Assembly: GCA_025355175.1 (NCBI GenBank)
Contig: JANYAF010000181.1
Coordinates: forward strand, 1-49,159
Reading direction: 5' to 3'
Origin: Deltaproteobacteria bacterium
Lineage (GTDB): Bacteria; Desulfobacterota; Syntrophia; Syntrophales; Smithellaceae
DNA length: 49,159 bases
Positions within the stretch are counted from its first letter, which is position 1, and each line of letters opens with the position of its first letter. The position numbers were made by a program, and so were the translations under genes. Positions 27,996-37,612 of the stretch are shown here, one piece after another. The notes below the pieces were generated by a model that was given only the letters and a program-made list of their open reading frames with translations, ran no database searches and was not told where the DNA came from.

Positions 27996-29189
27996 TTAAA
28001 ACATCCACAGCGAAACACCGATGGTGCCAAGGATAAGCCAGATGGCATCCTTTTTCCAACCGATCAGGTAAACAGCGGAAATGGCAAAGATCGCCCACGT
28101 TTGCCAACTGATGAGCGAGTGAACACCAAATTGATAAACAACGGCCAGTAAAAGACCTATGAAACCGGATAAAAATCCTTTGATAATCACCTTGACGATT
28201 TTATAGTTTTTAATTTTTGCATGAGCGCGTCCAACAAGGATGATAGCTGCAAGCGAAGGTGTAAAAATGCCGATAGTGGCAATCAGTGCGCCGATAATAC
28301 CTTTTACCTTGAAACCGATAAACGTGGCTGTGATAAACACCGGACCCGGCGTAATTTGCCCCAGGGCAATACCATCGCGAAAGGCTGCCAGATTCAACCA
28401 ATGCATCCCGTCAACGACAACATGTTGAATCAGCGGTATGGCGGCATAGCCACCGCCGAAGGCTAATGCACCAATCTTCAGGAAGGTCGCATAAATGGTC
28501 CATGTTCCGGCAATAAACCAAAAGAGCACAGCAAGCAGTCCAGCCATTATCAAAAGCGGCAGATAATTTTGCAACCTCCCGATTTTGGGGACGTCAATTT
28601 CTACTTTTAAATGCCCGGACATTTTTTCCTGCTCAAATTCTCCGCTGAAATAAAAAAACAAAGCACCAAGGACCCCGGAGATCAAGATGATATAAACAAC
28701 ATTCCAATGCAGAAAGGTGATGCCCGAAAAAGAAAGCGCCGCAATAATAATACCCTTGTAAGAATTACGATCCATCTTGGGGAAGACTGATTTACCCATG
28801 ATCAGCGTCGCATTGATCAGTAAGGCAACAACCAGTGCCCCCAGCCCCATAAAGATTGAATGGACAAATTTTAAGTCCCCATAAGTAAAATAAGCCCAGG
28901 CCAGGACGGTAATGGCAATCATGGCGGGCAATACAAACGAAAAAGGCGCGAGTATCCCGCCCCAGGGCTTGCGCAGTTTGTGGCCGATGTAACCAAACAG
29001 GGTCACACCTACAGCGCCCGGCAAAATTGCCGCCAGGCTTAAGGCATTCATGAACTCCTCATCGGAAATCCATGCTTTTTCGTGAACGATGACTTTCTTC
29101 ATCAAGGCCAGAATCGCCGGTCCCCCATAGCCGATAGTCCCGATGTATAAAGCAGTCCTGATTATTTCCAATAAGGTCGGTCGTTTCAT
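27996..29189 (-). CDS. chrA: chromate transporter (CHR family, duplicated-domain type)
   Basis: GTIGYGGPAILALM and a second ALAFGGGYAAIPL repeat, with the LGQITPGP motif. 397 aa and polytopic. Confidence 0.8.
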   Translation of the reverse strand: MKRPTLLEIIRTALYIGTIGYGGPAILALMKKVIVHEKAWISDEEFMNALSLAAILPGAVGVTLFGYIGHKLRKPWGGILAPFSFVLPAMIAITVLAWAYFTYGDLKFVHSIFMGLGALVVALLINATLIMGKSVFPKMDRNSYKGIIIAALSFSGITFLHWNVVYIILISGVLGALFFYFSGEFEQEKMSGHLKVEIDVPKIGRLQNYLPLLIMAGLLAVLFWFIAGTWTIYATFLKIGALAFGGGYAAIPLIQHVVVDGMHWLNLAAFRDGIALGQITPGPVFITATFIGFKVKGIIGALIATIGIFTPSLAAIILVGRAHAKIKNYKIVKVIIKGFLSGFIGLLLAVVYQFGVHSLISWQTWAIFAISAVYLIGWKKDAIWLILGTIGVSLWMF

Positions 29190-29227
29190 TTTTTATGATT
29201 CCCTGAGTGGCCATAAAGCCGGATTTT

Positions 29228-30529
29228 TTAGAAGTAATAGCCTACTCGTAATTCAATACGATAGTCGTTTTGTTTTTCGCCGAAATCCGAATTTCTGGCA
29301 CCAAAGATAATGCCTGAACGGAAACGGAATTCCCAATTGGTAATACCGGTATAAAGAAGCTCCGGCGTTAATGACCAGCTCTGGTCATCCGTGTTCATCA
29401 TTCCGGTGAGCGACGGCGTAAAATAAAGGATATCAAAAGGTTCCTTCTGACTGAAACGGACGTAAATATAATTCTGCATGGCATTGGCACGGGCGTAACC
29501 GGATTCCGCCAACTGCTGCGCCTGGGCAAGCGTATTCGTGTTGCCCGTTGACTGGTAGATGTCATATCCACGATTAATGAAGCCGGAAAAGTTTTTCATT
29601 TCGTCCGAGGTGAAACCTGCGTCGCTGTGGTAAAATTCAATAATCGTGGTCAGATCAAAAGACGTCAAGTGGCGCAAGCCGATAAGAAAACTGTGTGCCT
29701 CTGTTTCGATCTGTCGGGAAACGCCGCTTGCGTCCAGCACATTTTTCCGACTGTTGCGAAAATAGGCATACTCGCCATGCACCTCAAGGCTGGTGGTGAT
29801 GTTGCGGGAAAAATCAAAACCGTAACGATCCGGCCTGCTGCCACCTGCCATAAACATTAAATCGATATCCGTGTCATAAAACAGAAAATAAAACCGACCA
29901 GCCATATTCAGTTTGTTGTTATTGCCGAAGTCGTCGTTCACATGATTATAAACGGGAAGGAGCACGGGGGTGAAAGAAAAGGTTTTCAAGGGCCCCTCGA
30001 AGCTTCGAATATAATCCGCCGTGGCGAGGATGTATCCCTCCATCGCCTGCTCCGGGTCGTCGGGATCTTTTGGCCTATCCACAAAAGCCGCGGGGTTCCA
30101 TGCGTAGCCTTTTCCCCACTTCATCGTTTTCTTCCCCGCATCAAACTTCAGATTGGCTGATGGTTTCACCGAGCCATAGAGTTCGTAAAACGTCGATCTT
30201 TCCGATTCACCCGAATAAGAAGATTTTAAATCCGTATTCGTCTTGGCATAGATCCGAAAGATATTCTTTTCATAGCTACCTTCCAGTTGAATTCGGCCGT
30301 TTGCTTCCAGTAGATTATGACCTCGGGGATTGTTGAAAAAGCGTAGTTTGTAAAAGGCGGATTCCCGTTCAAGCCCATAGAGCATGGGCTTGAACTCGAC
30401 ATATCCGCCGACATGATAGGGTTTCTTCTCTGTTTCACCAAGATCAAAAGTATACGACTCCTCAGCTCTCGCGAGTGTCGGGATCAGACAGACTGTAAAA
30501 AACAAGAAGATGAGCAATAACCTTTTCAT
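29228..30529 (-). CDS. outer-membrane beta-barrel protein of unknown function
   Basis: Signal peptide ending ARA, alternating amphipathic strands throughout, and a terminal RVGYYF (aromatic C-terminus). Its start abuts the LolA-like stop (TAAATG). Confidence 0.55.
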   Translation of the reverse strand: MKRLLLIFLFFTVCLIPTLARAEESYTFDLGETEKKPYHVGGYVEFKPMLYGLERESAFYKLRFFNNPRGHNLLEANGRIQLEGSYEKNIFRIYAKTNTDLKSSYSGESERSTFYELYGSVKPSANLKFDAGKKTMKWGKGYAWNPAAFVDRPKDPDDPEQAMEGYILATADYIRSFEGPLKTFSFTPVLLPVYNHVNDDFGNNNKLNMAGRFYFLFYDTDIDLMFMAGGSRPDRYGFDFSRNITTSLEVHGEYAYFRNSRKNVLDASGVSRQIETEAHSFLIGLRHLTSFDLTTIIEFYHSDAGFTSDEMKNFSGFINRGYDIYQSTGNTNTLAQAQQLAESGYARANAMQNYIYVRFSQKEPFDILYFTPSLTGMMNTDDQSWSLTPELLYTGITNWEFRFRSGIIFGARNSDFGEKQNDYRIELRVGYYF

Positions 30530-31267
30530 TTATCGCAACGATTCCAGATTCGGCATGTAGGGGAGGGTAAAGACCTCATCCTTGAAATTCTTCTTTTTAA
30601 TCTTGGCGAAAATCATAACAGACTTGTATCCCTTGTATAGGGGGCTGTCCGTTTCGATAACAGCGGGACGGACAATGCCGCTGCTAAAATCTTTTACCTC
30701 CTTGAAGTAGAGGGTTTTGATGAGCATGTTGGCTTCTGTCAGGCATTCAATCTTTGTCGGCAGTTTTTTGTCCTTGTCTGCCCAAATTTTGAGCTTGTCA
30801 TAAGCCACGGTTTTTGTCTTGGCCTTAAGATAGAGAAGGTACTCACTGCCTTTTTCATCGACCTTTTCCACATCGTATTCCACGGCATAATCCAGCTGCA
30901 GAATGTCGGCGTTGTTGAAGACACCGCCCACGACCGATTGAAGGCTGGTAATCCTGATCGGCTTACCGATATTGGGGATATAGAGCCACATGTTGTCGCC
31001 AAGCCTGAGCGTACTTCGGCCTTTTTCACTGGCCGGGGCGATGAACAGCGAGGCGACTTTATCAACGCCCTTCTTGACGGTAAAAAGAGTAAATTCCTTT
31101 TTCGCGCCGGAAGGCTCGATGTTGATGAGCTTTCGGTAGGACTCGTAGGATTCGGGTGAAAGGTTTCTGTCCACCTGTTCCAAAAGTGCCTTACCATCTA
31201 TGGCAAAGGCGGGACAAGCCATGGATACAATCATCAGACAAATCAGCAATACCTTTTTAATCATCAT
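30530..31267 (-). CDS. LolA-like outer membrane lipoprotein-sorting family protein
   Basis: Signal peptide followed by the block EKGRSTLRLGDNMWLYIPNIGKPIRITSLQSVVGGVFNNADIL, characteristic of the LolA_like family that accompanies MacB-type ABC systems. Confidence 0.65.
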   Translation of the reverse strand: MMIKKVLLICLMIVSMACPAFAIDGKALLEQVDRNLSPESYESYRKLINIEPSGAKKEFTLFTVKKGVDKVASLFIAPASEKGRSTLRLGDNMWLYIPNIGKPIRITSLQSVVGGVFNNADILQLDYAVEYDVEKVDEKGSEYLLYLKAKTKTVAYDKLKIWADKDKKLPTKIECLTEANMLIKTLYFKEVKDFSSGIVRPAVIETDSPLYKGYKSVMIFAKIKKKNFKDEVFTLPYMPNLESLR

Positions 31268-31295
31268 TCACTCCTTTTTGATTATGCCTTTGTAG

Positions 31296-31316
31296 GGCTC
31301 GCTCCCCGAGCGAGCC
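31296..31316. repeat. GC-rich 9-bp inverted repeat in the permease/LolA-like intergenic gap
   Basis: GGCTCGCTC-CCC-GAGCGAGCC. No U tract on either strand. Confidence 0.3.
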
Positions 31317-31361
31317 ACTTGTTGCGGACTGTTCAGCGATAACTAAAAATGCGTTGAGGCA

Positions 31362-32597
31362 CTAGACATGCCGTAAGGCCTCGATAGGCTCCATCTTGGA
31401 GGCTTTGATCGCCGGTTGAAGACTGGCCACTACGGCGACAACAATGACAATGACTGATATGGTCAACAAATCAGGTGGGTTAAGTGTGGCTTTCAGAAGA
31501 AGCCCTTGCTGCTGGCCGAAATCAAAACGGATACCGACAAGATTGACGATCAATATGACGGCACTTCCAAGCAGACCGCCAACGATGGCGCCGATGATAC
31601 CGAGGCAGAAACCCTCAATAATGAACATGGAGCGAATCTTGCCAGGCAGAGTGCCGATGGCGGCGATCGTGCCGATTTCCCGAATCCGTTCATAGACGGC
31701 CATAATCATAACATTCATAATGCTGATGAGGACGATGGCGATGAGCATGATTTTGATGAAGAAGGTCATGACATCTATCATCCGGGCGATGCTGAAGAAA
31801 GGAGAGAGCTGCTCCCAGGAGTGAACCTCAAACATCGATCGCCCTTCTTTGTTAACCTCGCCTGCAACTTTAGTTTCCAGTTGCTTCACCGCTTTGGGAA
31901 GGTGGCTGAAATCTTTGAGCCGGATCGCCACCTCGCTTACTTCTGCCTCGGGCATACGGAGAACTTCGGCCGCGTCCTCAATGTGTACATATCCGTCGCG
32001 ACCGCCGGGGCCGGTAGCGCTCTCCAGAATGCCCGAGACGATAAACTGCTTGCCATTGACGGAGCCGTCAGCGTTGGTTGCCACAATGACAACCATGTCG
32101 CCCAATTTGACCTTCAAGCCCTTTGCCAAAAGTGTGGGGATCATGATTTCACCGCGGTTCAAAGTCTTTTTGCCTTCCGATATGCGAGAGGTTAACAACG
32201 GAACAGTTTGAAACTCCCGGTCGGGATAGATGCCGTTTAAACGGATATTAGTTGTCTCCACAAAGTTGCTGAACATGCCGCCGAATTTCAGGCGGGGTGA
32301 AAAAGCTGCAACTTCAGGCGTTGCGCCAAGCACGGTGGCAACCTTAGCATAGGCTTGGGGTTTCATGTTTAGATTCAGGGGCAGATTATCTATGGAAGCA
32401 ACATAACTCTTGCGGTGGATCTGGAGGTGCCCCAGCATGGAATCGGTGATCTGTCCGATCATCATGGCCTTGAAAGAACCGGTGATGGAGACAAAGACCA
32501 GGACAAATACAACGCCGATGGTGATAAGCGATGCCGTCAGCAAGGTTCTTCTTTTATAGCGGATGAGGTTGCGGATGGCAATTTTAAAAAGGTTCAT
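31362..32597 (-). CDS. ABC transporter permease, FtsX/MacB-LolCE type
   Basis: 411 aa. TM1, then a periplasmic domain of about 230 aa, then three C-terminal TMs of FtsX-like topology. The N-terminus IAIRNLIRYKRRTLLT is typical. Confidence 0.85.
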   Translation of the reverse strand: MNLFKIAIRNLIRYKRRTLLTASLITIGVVFVLVFVSITGSFKAMMIGQITDSMLGHLQIHRKSYVASIDNLPLNLNMKPQAYAKVATVLGATPEVAAFSPRLKFGGMFSNFVETTNIRLNGIYPDREFQTVPLLTSRISEGKKTLNRGEIMIPTLLAKGLKVKLGDMVVIVATNADGSVNGKQFIVSGILESATGPGGRDGYVHIEDAAEVLRMPEAEVSEVAIRLKDFSHLPKAVKQLETKVAGEVNKEGRSMFEVHSWEQLSPFFSIARMIDVMTFFIKIMLIAIVLISIMNVMIMAVYERIREIGTIAAIGTLPGKIRSMFIIEGFCLGIIGAIVGGLLGSAVILIVNLVGIRFDFGQQQGLLLKATLNPPDLLTISVIVIVVAVVASLQPAIKASKMEPIEALRHV

Positions 32598-33301
32598 CCT
32601 GACTTTGCCCCTCCTTTCATCTCTTTGGCAGTCAGCCTGCCGTCTTCCAGGCGGAAGATGACTTCTGCTTCCCCGACAATTTTGGTGTCATGCGTGGAAA
32701 AGATAAACGTCGTTCCAAAATCGTCGCGCATTTTCTTCATCAGGCCGATGACGGCATAGGCCGTCTGCGAATCCAGGTTGGCTGTCGGTTCATCAGCCAG
32801 AACCAGAGCTGGATTCGTTACCAGCGCGCGGGCAATGGCTACCCGTTGTTTTTGGCCACCCGATACCTGGTGCGGGTACTTGTGGGCTTGATCGGTCATA
32901 TCAACAGCCGCAAGAAGGCGGGCAATCCGCTCCTTGCGCTCCTGCGGTGGTATATTCTGGACCATAATCAGAGGATATTCAATGTTTTCATAAACCGTGA
33001 GTACGGGGATCAAGTTGAAATCCTGAAAAATAAATCCAAGATGTTTTCCCCGGAAAGCCGCGCTATTCTTCCGATCCAGCCCGATAACATCGGTATCGGC
33101 GATGCGGAGGTTCCCCGCCGATGGCTTGTCCAGGCAGCCGATGAGATTAAGGATGGTTGTCTTGCCGCTGCCTGATGGCCCGACAAAGGAAACAAAGGAG
33201 GCGGGTTCGATTTCAAAGTCCACCTCCCGAAGAGCGTGAACAACCACCTCTTCCGTCTGGTAATCCTTGGTGATGTTCTGTGCTTTAATTAATGCCACCA
33301 T
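32594..33301 (-). CDS. ABC transporter ATP-binding protein (LolD/MacB-like)
   Basis: [24 protein letters not shown] and LADEPT motifs. I prefer the start [14 protein letters not shown] at 33301 (AAAGGAG RBS) over the track start at 33352. There is a 4-nt ATGA overlap with the permease. Confidence 0.9.
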   Translation of the reverse strand: MVALIKAQNITKDYQTEEVVVHALREVDFEIEPASFVSFVGPSGSGKTTILNLIGCLDKPSAGNLRIADTDVIGLDRKNSAAFRGKHLGFIFQDFNLIPVLTVYENIEYPLIMVQNIPPQERKERIARLLAAVDMTDQAHKYPHQVSGGQKQRVAIARALVTNPALVLADEPTANLDSQTAYAVIGLMKKMRDDFGTTFIFSTHDTKIVGEAEVIFRLEDGRLTAKEMKGGAKSG

Positions 33302-33475
33302 GTTGCTCCTTTCTTTCTGAGGCCGGATGGACACGTCTATTTGTTCATCCACGACATTCTCATTATTGATATTTTGGTTATTGTAATTACTTGCACCGTG
33401 TTAAGCAAGGCGCGCACCGGAAAGTAATGTAAAATATAGTAAAAGCGGTTCCATAGTCTCGAAGGGATTATTGGG

Positions 33476-34531
33476 TCATTCTGAACTTCCCTGGTGCTTT
33501 GGACATCTCCGGCAGAGAGGGTGCGGACGCGATTCAAAGGACTTTCGAAACTCCCTGTAGTAAGAACTCTTCCAAATAGCCGGCAGCGACTCATCGGCAA
33601 TGCAGCCGAAGATCAACTTCTGGGATTCGACTTCCTCGCCTTCGATCATACGGGACGATCCCATTGCCGGGATGTTAGTAAAAACACAGGGGGAGACATT
33701 TCCGCCCGACGAGACGAACAGGGCTCGGCGGGGATTTTCCGTACAGACCCGGCCTTCCACACTGGGCAAAACCAGATTGTAAAAGAGGCCAAGCCCTTTC
33801 GTTGCTGCTTCTTCCCCCAATTCATCGAAAAGTGATTTCAGTTCCTGGTATTGGGCCTGATTCGCAGGTGTTAAACGCTCGTTCCAAAGATTTTTGTGTG
33901 TGACAAAATCAAGGGTGCTGATGACCACCTGCTCTATCCCAATCCCGGCGAGGGCGGGGACGATCTTGGCAATGTCCGGCAGATGTGAGCGGAGTAGAAG
34001 ATAGGCAACACTGATGGTCGGCGTCAAAACCCGCAGCGCCTTTTTTTGCGCGGCAAGATCGGAGATAGCCTGAAGAATCCGGGTAAATTGCGTTCCGTGA
34101 CGCGCCAGATCGTTTTTCTCACCGATACCCGTCAGTGAAAAGGCGACATGATCGATACCGCTTTTGACAAGCTGATCAATTCTCCGGCGATTGAGTAACA
34201 TCCCGTTGGTGGTAGTTCCCACCTTACAGTCGGTCTTTTTAGCAAGGGCAATCATCTCGAAGAGGGTTGGGTGAAGAAAAGACTCACCCCATCCCTGGAG
34301 GTGGACCATCTTTGTATCGGCAATGACAGGAAGCAGCACCTTAAAGGTTTCTAGGGAAAGATCGCGGTTATCCCAGCAATTGCGATAAGCCGTCCTCGGG
34401 CAATAATGGCAGAGGGCGTTACATCGCGTTGTGACTTCGATCTGCATCCAATCCAACCGGGGCATAGTTTGCAGATCCCACCATCTCCTGCAGTGGCGAA
34501 TCAAAAAAGGTTGCCGTGATGCAATCGTCAT
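33476..34531 (-). CDS. radical SAM enzyme with a C-terminal SPASM/twitch-like Cys domain
   Basis: TTRCNALCHYCP (CX3CX2C), GWGESFLHP and TTNG blocks. C-terminal Cys set: C-TENPRRALFVSSGGNVSPC...GC...CRRC. The start is uncertain (34531, or the internal MPRLDW). Confidence 0.85.
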   Translation of the reverse strand: MTIASRQPFLIRHCRRWWDLQTMPRLDWMQIEVTTRCNALCHYCPRTAYRNCWDNRDLSLETFKVLLPVIADTKMVHLQGWGESFLHPTLFEMIALAKKTDCKVGTTTNGMLLNRRRIDQLVKSGIDHVAFSLTGIGEKNDLARHGTQFTRILQAISDLAAQKKALRVLTPTISVAYLLLRSHLPDIAKIVPALAGIGIEQVVISTLDFVTHKNLWNERLTPANQAQYQELKSLFDELGEEAATKGLGLFYNLVLPSVEGRVCTENPRRALFVSSGGNVSPCVFTNIPAMGSSRMIEGEEVESQKLIFGCIADESLPAIWKSSYYREFRKSFESRPHPLCRRCPKHQGSSE

Positions 34532-34558
34532 ATCTACAGGTGATCCGGAGGTCGGTTT

Positions 34559-35140
34559 TCAGGCGCTCACGGTTTGGGGTTTCACCAAATACTTAGCACC
34601 GCAGGTTCCGCATTGGATCTCTACAGACCACTGATCGTTTGACGCCTCAGGCAGATCAATCAGGGACTGGCATCTGGGGCATTTTGTGGTTGATCTCTTT
34701 TGGATTACAGGTTGCACCGTAATCGGCTTTTCATCAACAGTTTGCTCAAAAGGTTGTAGCTCCGGGGCATGATGCCCGACGGGTTCTGCGGGTTTTGATG
34801 TCACGGGGCGGAATTGAAAGGACGACGCAACGGGACCTCGGGAAAGTTCTGTCTCTTCAGGGTGAATCAAAGCCATTACGGCTTGGCGGATCCGCTCGCT
34901 GTCATCCATACCTTCCAGAGACCTGAATCTTCCAAAATCCTCTTTGGAAAGCGTCAGCTTCACTTCAACCGTATTCGAATTGAGCAACGCCGCTTGAAGA
35001 TCTCCCAGAGTGGAAGCAATGGCCGCCATCCGTCCTGCCGCCTCCAGAAGCTGCGTTTGCAGCTTGCTGATCAGATTAATGGCGGGAAGATTTTGACCTT
35101 CGTAAGATATTTTTACATTTGCCAGATCGATCGTGCTCAT
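34559..35140 (-). CDS. hypothetical protein with a C-terminal MJ0042-type zinc ribbon and a possible RHH-like segment
   Basis: CPRCQSLIDL-x16-CGTCGAKYLV at the C-terminus, a Pro-rich linker, and VKLTLSKEDFGRFRSLEGMDDSERIRQAVMALI, which resembles a ribbon-helix-helix. GGGAG RBS at 7-nt spacing. Confidence 0.55.
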   Translation of the reverse strand: MSTIDLANVKISYEGQNLPAINLISKLQTQLLEAAGRMAAIASTLGDLQAALLNSNTVEVKLTLSKEDFGRFRSLEGMDDSERIRQAVMALIHPEETELSRGPVASSFQFRPVTSKPAEPVGHHAPELQPFEQTVDEKPITVQPVIQKRSTTKCPRCQSLIDLPEASNDQWSVEIQCGTCGAKYLVKPQTVSA

Positions 35141-35449
35141 GCCGTTTCTCCCTTGCTCAATGCCTTCCTGATCGGTGATGATGGAGTTATGCTTAATAAG
35201 TATTTCACTTTATTGCACAAAAGCCGCCTGGACTCAACATCCCCGGAATAGTCAGGAGATGGCAAGCTCCCTTCGCCTTTGAGCGCTGATCCTACTGCAT
35301 AATTTTGAAGATGTAAATATTTTTTTCCATTGCGTGGCCTGTTTTTTTAGATAGGGGCAATCCCCTTAAAATCATTGCCCCGCAGTAAAATGTTATCGTG
35401 GATACAACGGGGACAGGCGTCCTCTATTCGTTCCCCCCTTCTATTCTTC

Positions 35450-35478
35450 TTGACACACAAACCTCTTTTCATTATGCT
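35450..35478 (+). promoter_or_regulatory. sigma70-like promoter candidate for the AAA-kinase/STAS/HD-GYP operon
   Basis: TTGACA (35450-35455), 17-nt spacer, TATGCT (35473-35478). Confidence 0.3.
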
Positions 35479-35585
35479 TTCCGCGAAAAGATGGAGATTT
35501 GTCATATCAAACAAGAATGAACACACTCTTCGGCTTGAGCCTGCCGAAAGGTGTTTACTTTTAACAGCAGGCGTGAGGGTCCCCG

Positions 35586-37226
35586 GTGCCATTTAATGCC
35601 ATCCCCGCAGAAGATTTTCTAAACAGAGAACCCGAGCTAAATTATCTAAAGGGTCTATCCAAATTAAAGGCAAACGCCCTGGGCGGAGATGTGTTCCTTG
35701 ACGGTGCAAGGGGAATGGGCAAGACTGAACTCCTCAAGCAGCTTTACCGTATCCTTTTCTGGGAAAACAATGTCGTACCGTTTTACTATTCCTTCAAGAC
35801 GGCGAACCTGAAGGGAACCTATTTTGCCCAAGACTATTTCACCAGGTTTGTCAGGCAATATATCTCCTTCGTAAAAAAAGATCCTTCGCTCGCAAGTAAT
35901 GTGGCTGAGCCGCTTCAGCGTCTTATGCCGACAATATCTTCGCTCGGTTTGTACTGGCTGATCGACTGCATTGAAGACTTTCAGGGCCATGTAAACAAAA
36001 ATGATTTTTACTGGCAGCTCGTCGCGGCAATATCCGCCCCGGTCATGGCCGCTCAAAAAATGGGAAAGCCGGTTATCGTGATGCTGGACGACTTTGATGC
36101 GGCGGCGCACCTTTACGAGTCCAGCTTGGGCGATGCGCATGGTCTTATCAGCCTCTTCGGGGAATCGATGCGAAACCGCCTCTGCCCTCATGTGATCACC
36201 GGCTCGGCCGGCGCGCTTGAGACTGTATTCACAGACCATTCCCTCATCAGGATGACGGAGCGGATGCGGCTCGGTCCTCTTCCGGAAGACCTGGCCATTG
36301 CACTTTTCAGGGCTCATCTCACAAATCTGAAGATAACCTGCGCATCGGGCGTGCAGTTTGAATTCCTGGATATATTGAGGGGAAACCCTTTTTATATCAA
36401 GAACCTCGCAAAAGCAGCCTGGAAAATGCAGAAAAACGTGATTAATGAAAAGGATTTAATAGAATGTTACGGTTTTGAAGTATCCGATGGTGAAACTGCC
36501 TTTTATTGGGCTTCAGCATTCAGCCGTTATGTTAAAAACTCGGCACAAAAAAAAGCAATGCTGAAGCTCCTCATGCACGCGATTGAAAACGGAGGAATTG
36601 AAGACGGCAAAAGACTCGCCATGGTATCCGGCCTGGGCGAGACCGAGACGGAAACCCTTCTCGGCGCACTTACGACCTCAGGGATCATACGGGCCAAAGA
36701 TGCAGTCCTCCAGGATTTCATCCACTGTCTTTACATGAAGGAAATAGAGGGCAGAAACGCCAACGATGCGAGGGAGAAGATAGAGGCGAAATATATTCAG
36801 GAAAGAGAAGAATCGTGTTTTGAGATGGTAATCCCGATGAGTTCCAATGCGGAACTTGTGGTGGCAAAAGCTGTCGAACAGATTGGCAAAAATATGAATC
36901 TCGACGCCGAGTTTCTGAATTATTTACAGCTCGCGCTGATTGAGGTCTGCATTAATGCAATAGAACACAGCGGAAGTTACGAAAAAAAAGTCTTCCTTAA
37001 ATTCATCACCAGACCGGACAAACTCGAGATCATCGTAGAAAACTCCGGCAGGCCTTTCTCGCTCGAGTCGATCAAGGAAGTCCCCGTGGAAGAGAAGATG
37101 CGGCTGGGCATCAAGAGGGGCTGGGGGTACAAGCTTGTTCATAAGATTATGGACAGCGTGAAGGTGGAGAGGGTAAACGACAGAACGAGGGTTATCCTGA
37201 CAAAGAACATCGATAATGGTTCATGA
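35586..37226 (+). CDS. fusion of an AAA-type ATPase (PF01637-like) with an RsbW/SpoIIAB-like anti-sigma Ser kinase (HATPase_c) domain
   Basis: GTG start after GAGGG. FLNREPELNYL...GARGMGKTELLKQL (Walker A) and VIVMLDDFD (Walker B). The C-terminal ~130 aa, LALIEVCINAIEHSG...IIVENSGRPF...GWGYKLVHKIMDSV, match the anti-sigma factor kinase fold. Confidence 0.75.
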   Translation: MPFNAIPAEDFLNREPELNYLKGLSKLKANALGGDVFLDGARGMGKTELLKQLYRILFWENNVVPFYYSFKTANLKGTYFAQDYFTRFVRQYISFVKKDPSLASNVAEPLQRLMPTISSLGLYWLIDCIEDFQGHVNKNDFYWQLVAAISAPVMAAQKMGKPVIVMLDDFDAAAHLYESSLGDAHGLISLFGESMRNRLCPHVITGSAGALETVFTDHSLIRMTERMRLGPLPEDLAIALFRAHLTNLKITCASGVQFEFLDILRGNPFYIKNLAKAAWKMQKNVINEKDLIECYGFEVSDGETAFYWASAFSRYVKNSAQKKAMLKLLMHAIENGGIEDGKRLAMVSGLGETETETLLGALTTSGIIRAKDAVLQDFIHCLYMKEIEGRNANDAREKIEAKYIQEREESCFEMVIPMSSNAELVVAKAVEQIGKNMNLDAEFLNYLQLALIEVCINAIEHSGSYEKKVFLKFITRPDKLEIIVENSGRPFSLESIKEVPVEEKMRLGIKRGWGYKLVHKIMDSVKVERVNDRTRVILTKNIDNGS

Positions 37227-37249
37227 TAAAAATGCAAAGAGGTGCTTAA

Positions 37250-37612
37250 ATGAAATCAGTTCAATTCAGCGTGGCTTCAAGGCGCGAAGGAGACGCTGCA
37301 ATTATTTACCCCAAGGGATACCTGAACAATCTTTCGGGCGAAAATCTTGTCATTGAATGCGGCATTTACATCGGCAAGGGCATAACGAAAATCGTGGTGA
37401 ATTTCAGCGAGACGGACTTAATCAATTCTATCGGCATATCCATGCTTCTACAGATCATCGAAGATCTAAAGAACATCAAGGGCACGATTTGCTGTACGAA
37501 CATGTCCAAGTTGCTCCGCGACACCTTCGAGATGCTAGGTCTCATGCAGCATATGCTGGTTTTCCCGGCCGAAAGTGATGCATTAACATACCTTAAAACC
37601 GGAAAATTATGA
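37250..37612 (+). CDS. STAS-domain anti-sigma-factor antagonist (SpoIIAA/RsbV-like)
   Basis: 120 aa. VNFSETDLINSIGISMLL contains the phosphorylatable-Ser context (DLINS-IG). The tail LRDTFEMLGL is typical. Confidence 0.85.
   Translation: MKSVQFSVASRREGDAAIIYPKGYLNNLSGENLVIECGIYIGKGITKIVVNFSETDLINSIGISMLLQIIEDLKNIKGTICCTNMSKLLRDTFEMLGLMQHMLVFPAESDALTYLKTGKL

Noticed and set aside
31506-32211. Plus-strand ORFs of 229 and 120 aa, rich in His and Asp.
   Set aside because: They are antisense to the well-supported FtsX/MacB-type permease. They have no RBS and a compositionally odd translation.
33403-33419. Sigma54-like element on the minus strand (cGGtgcgcgccttGCtt, GG-N10-GC spacing) upstream of the ABC ATPase gene, flanked by an imperfect inverted repeat (ATTACTT...AAGTAAT).
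   Set aside because: Only the GG/GC dinucleotides and the TTGC part match the consensus. No enhancer-binding protein gene is in the window. The evidence is too weak to annotate.
35354-35381. 8-bp stem hairpin GGGGCAAT...ATTGCCCC with a T7 run just upstream.
   Set aside because: The T run precedes the stem on the plus strand and becomes an A run after it on the minus strand. It therefore does not form a terminator for either flanking gene, and its function is unclear.
35347-35596. Mutually antisense 81-aa (-) and 73-aa (+) ORFs in the divergent intergenic region. I also considered them as possible radical SAM precursor peptides.
   Set aside because: Neither has an RBS. The minus ORF would start inside the AAA-kinase gene. 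The sequences are Arg/Leu-rich with no leader/core-like organisation. The region more plausibly holds the two divergent promoters.
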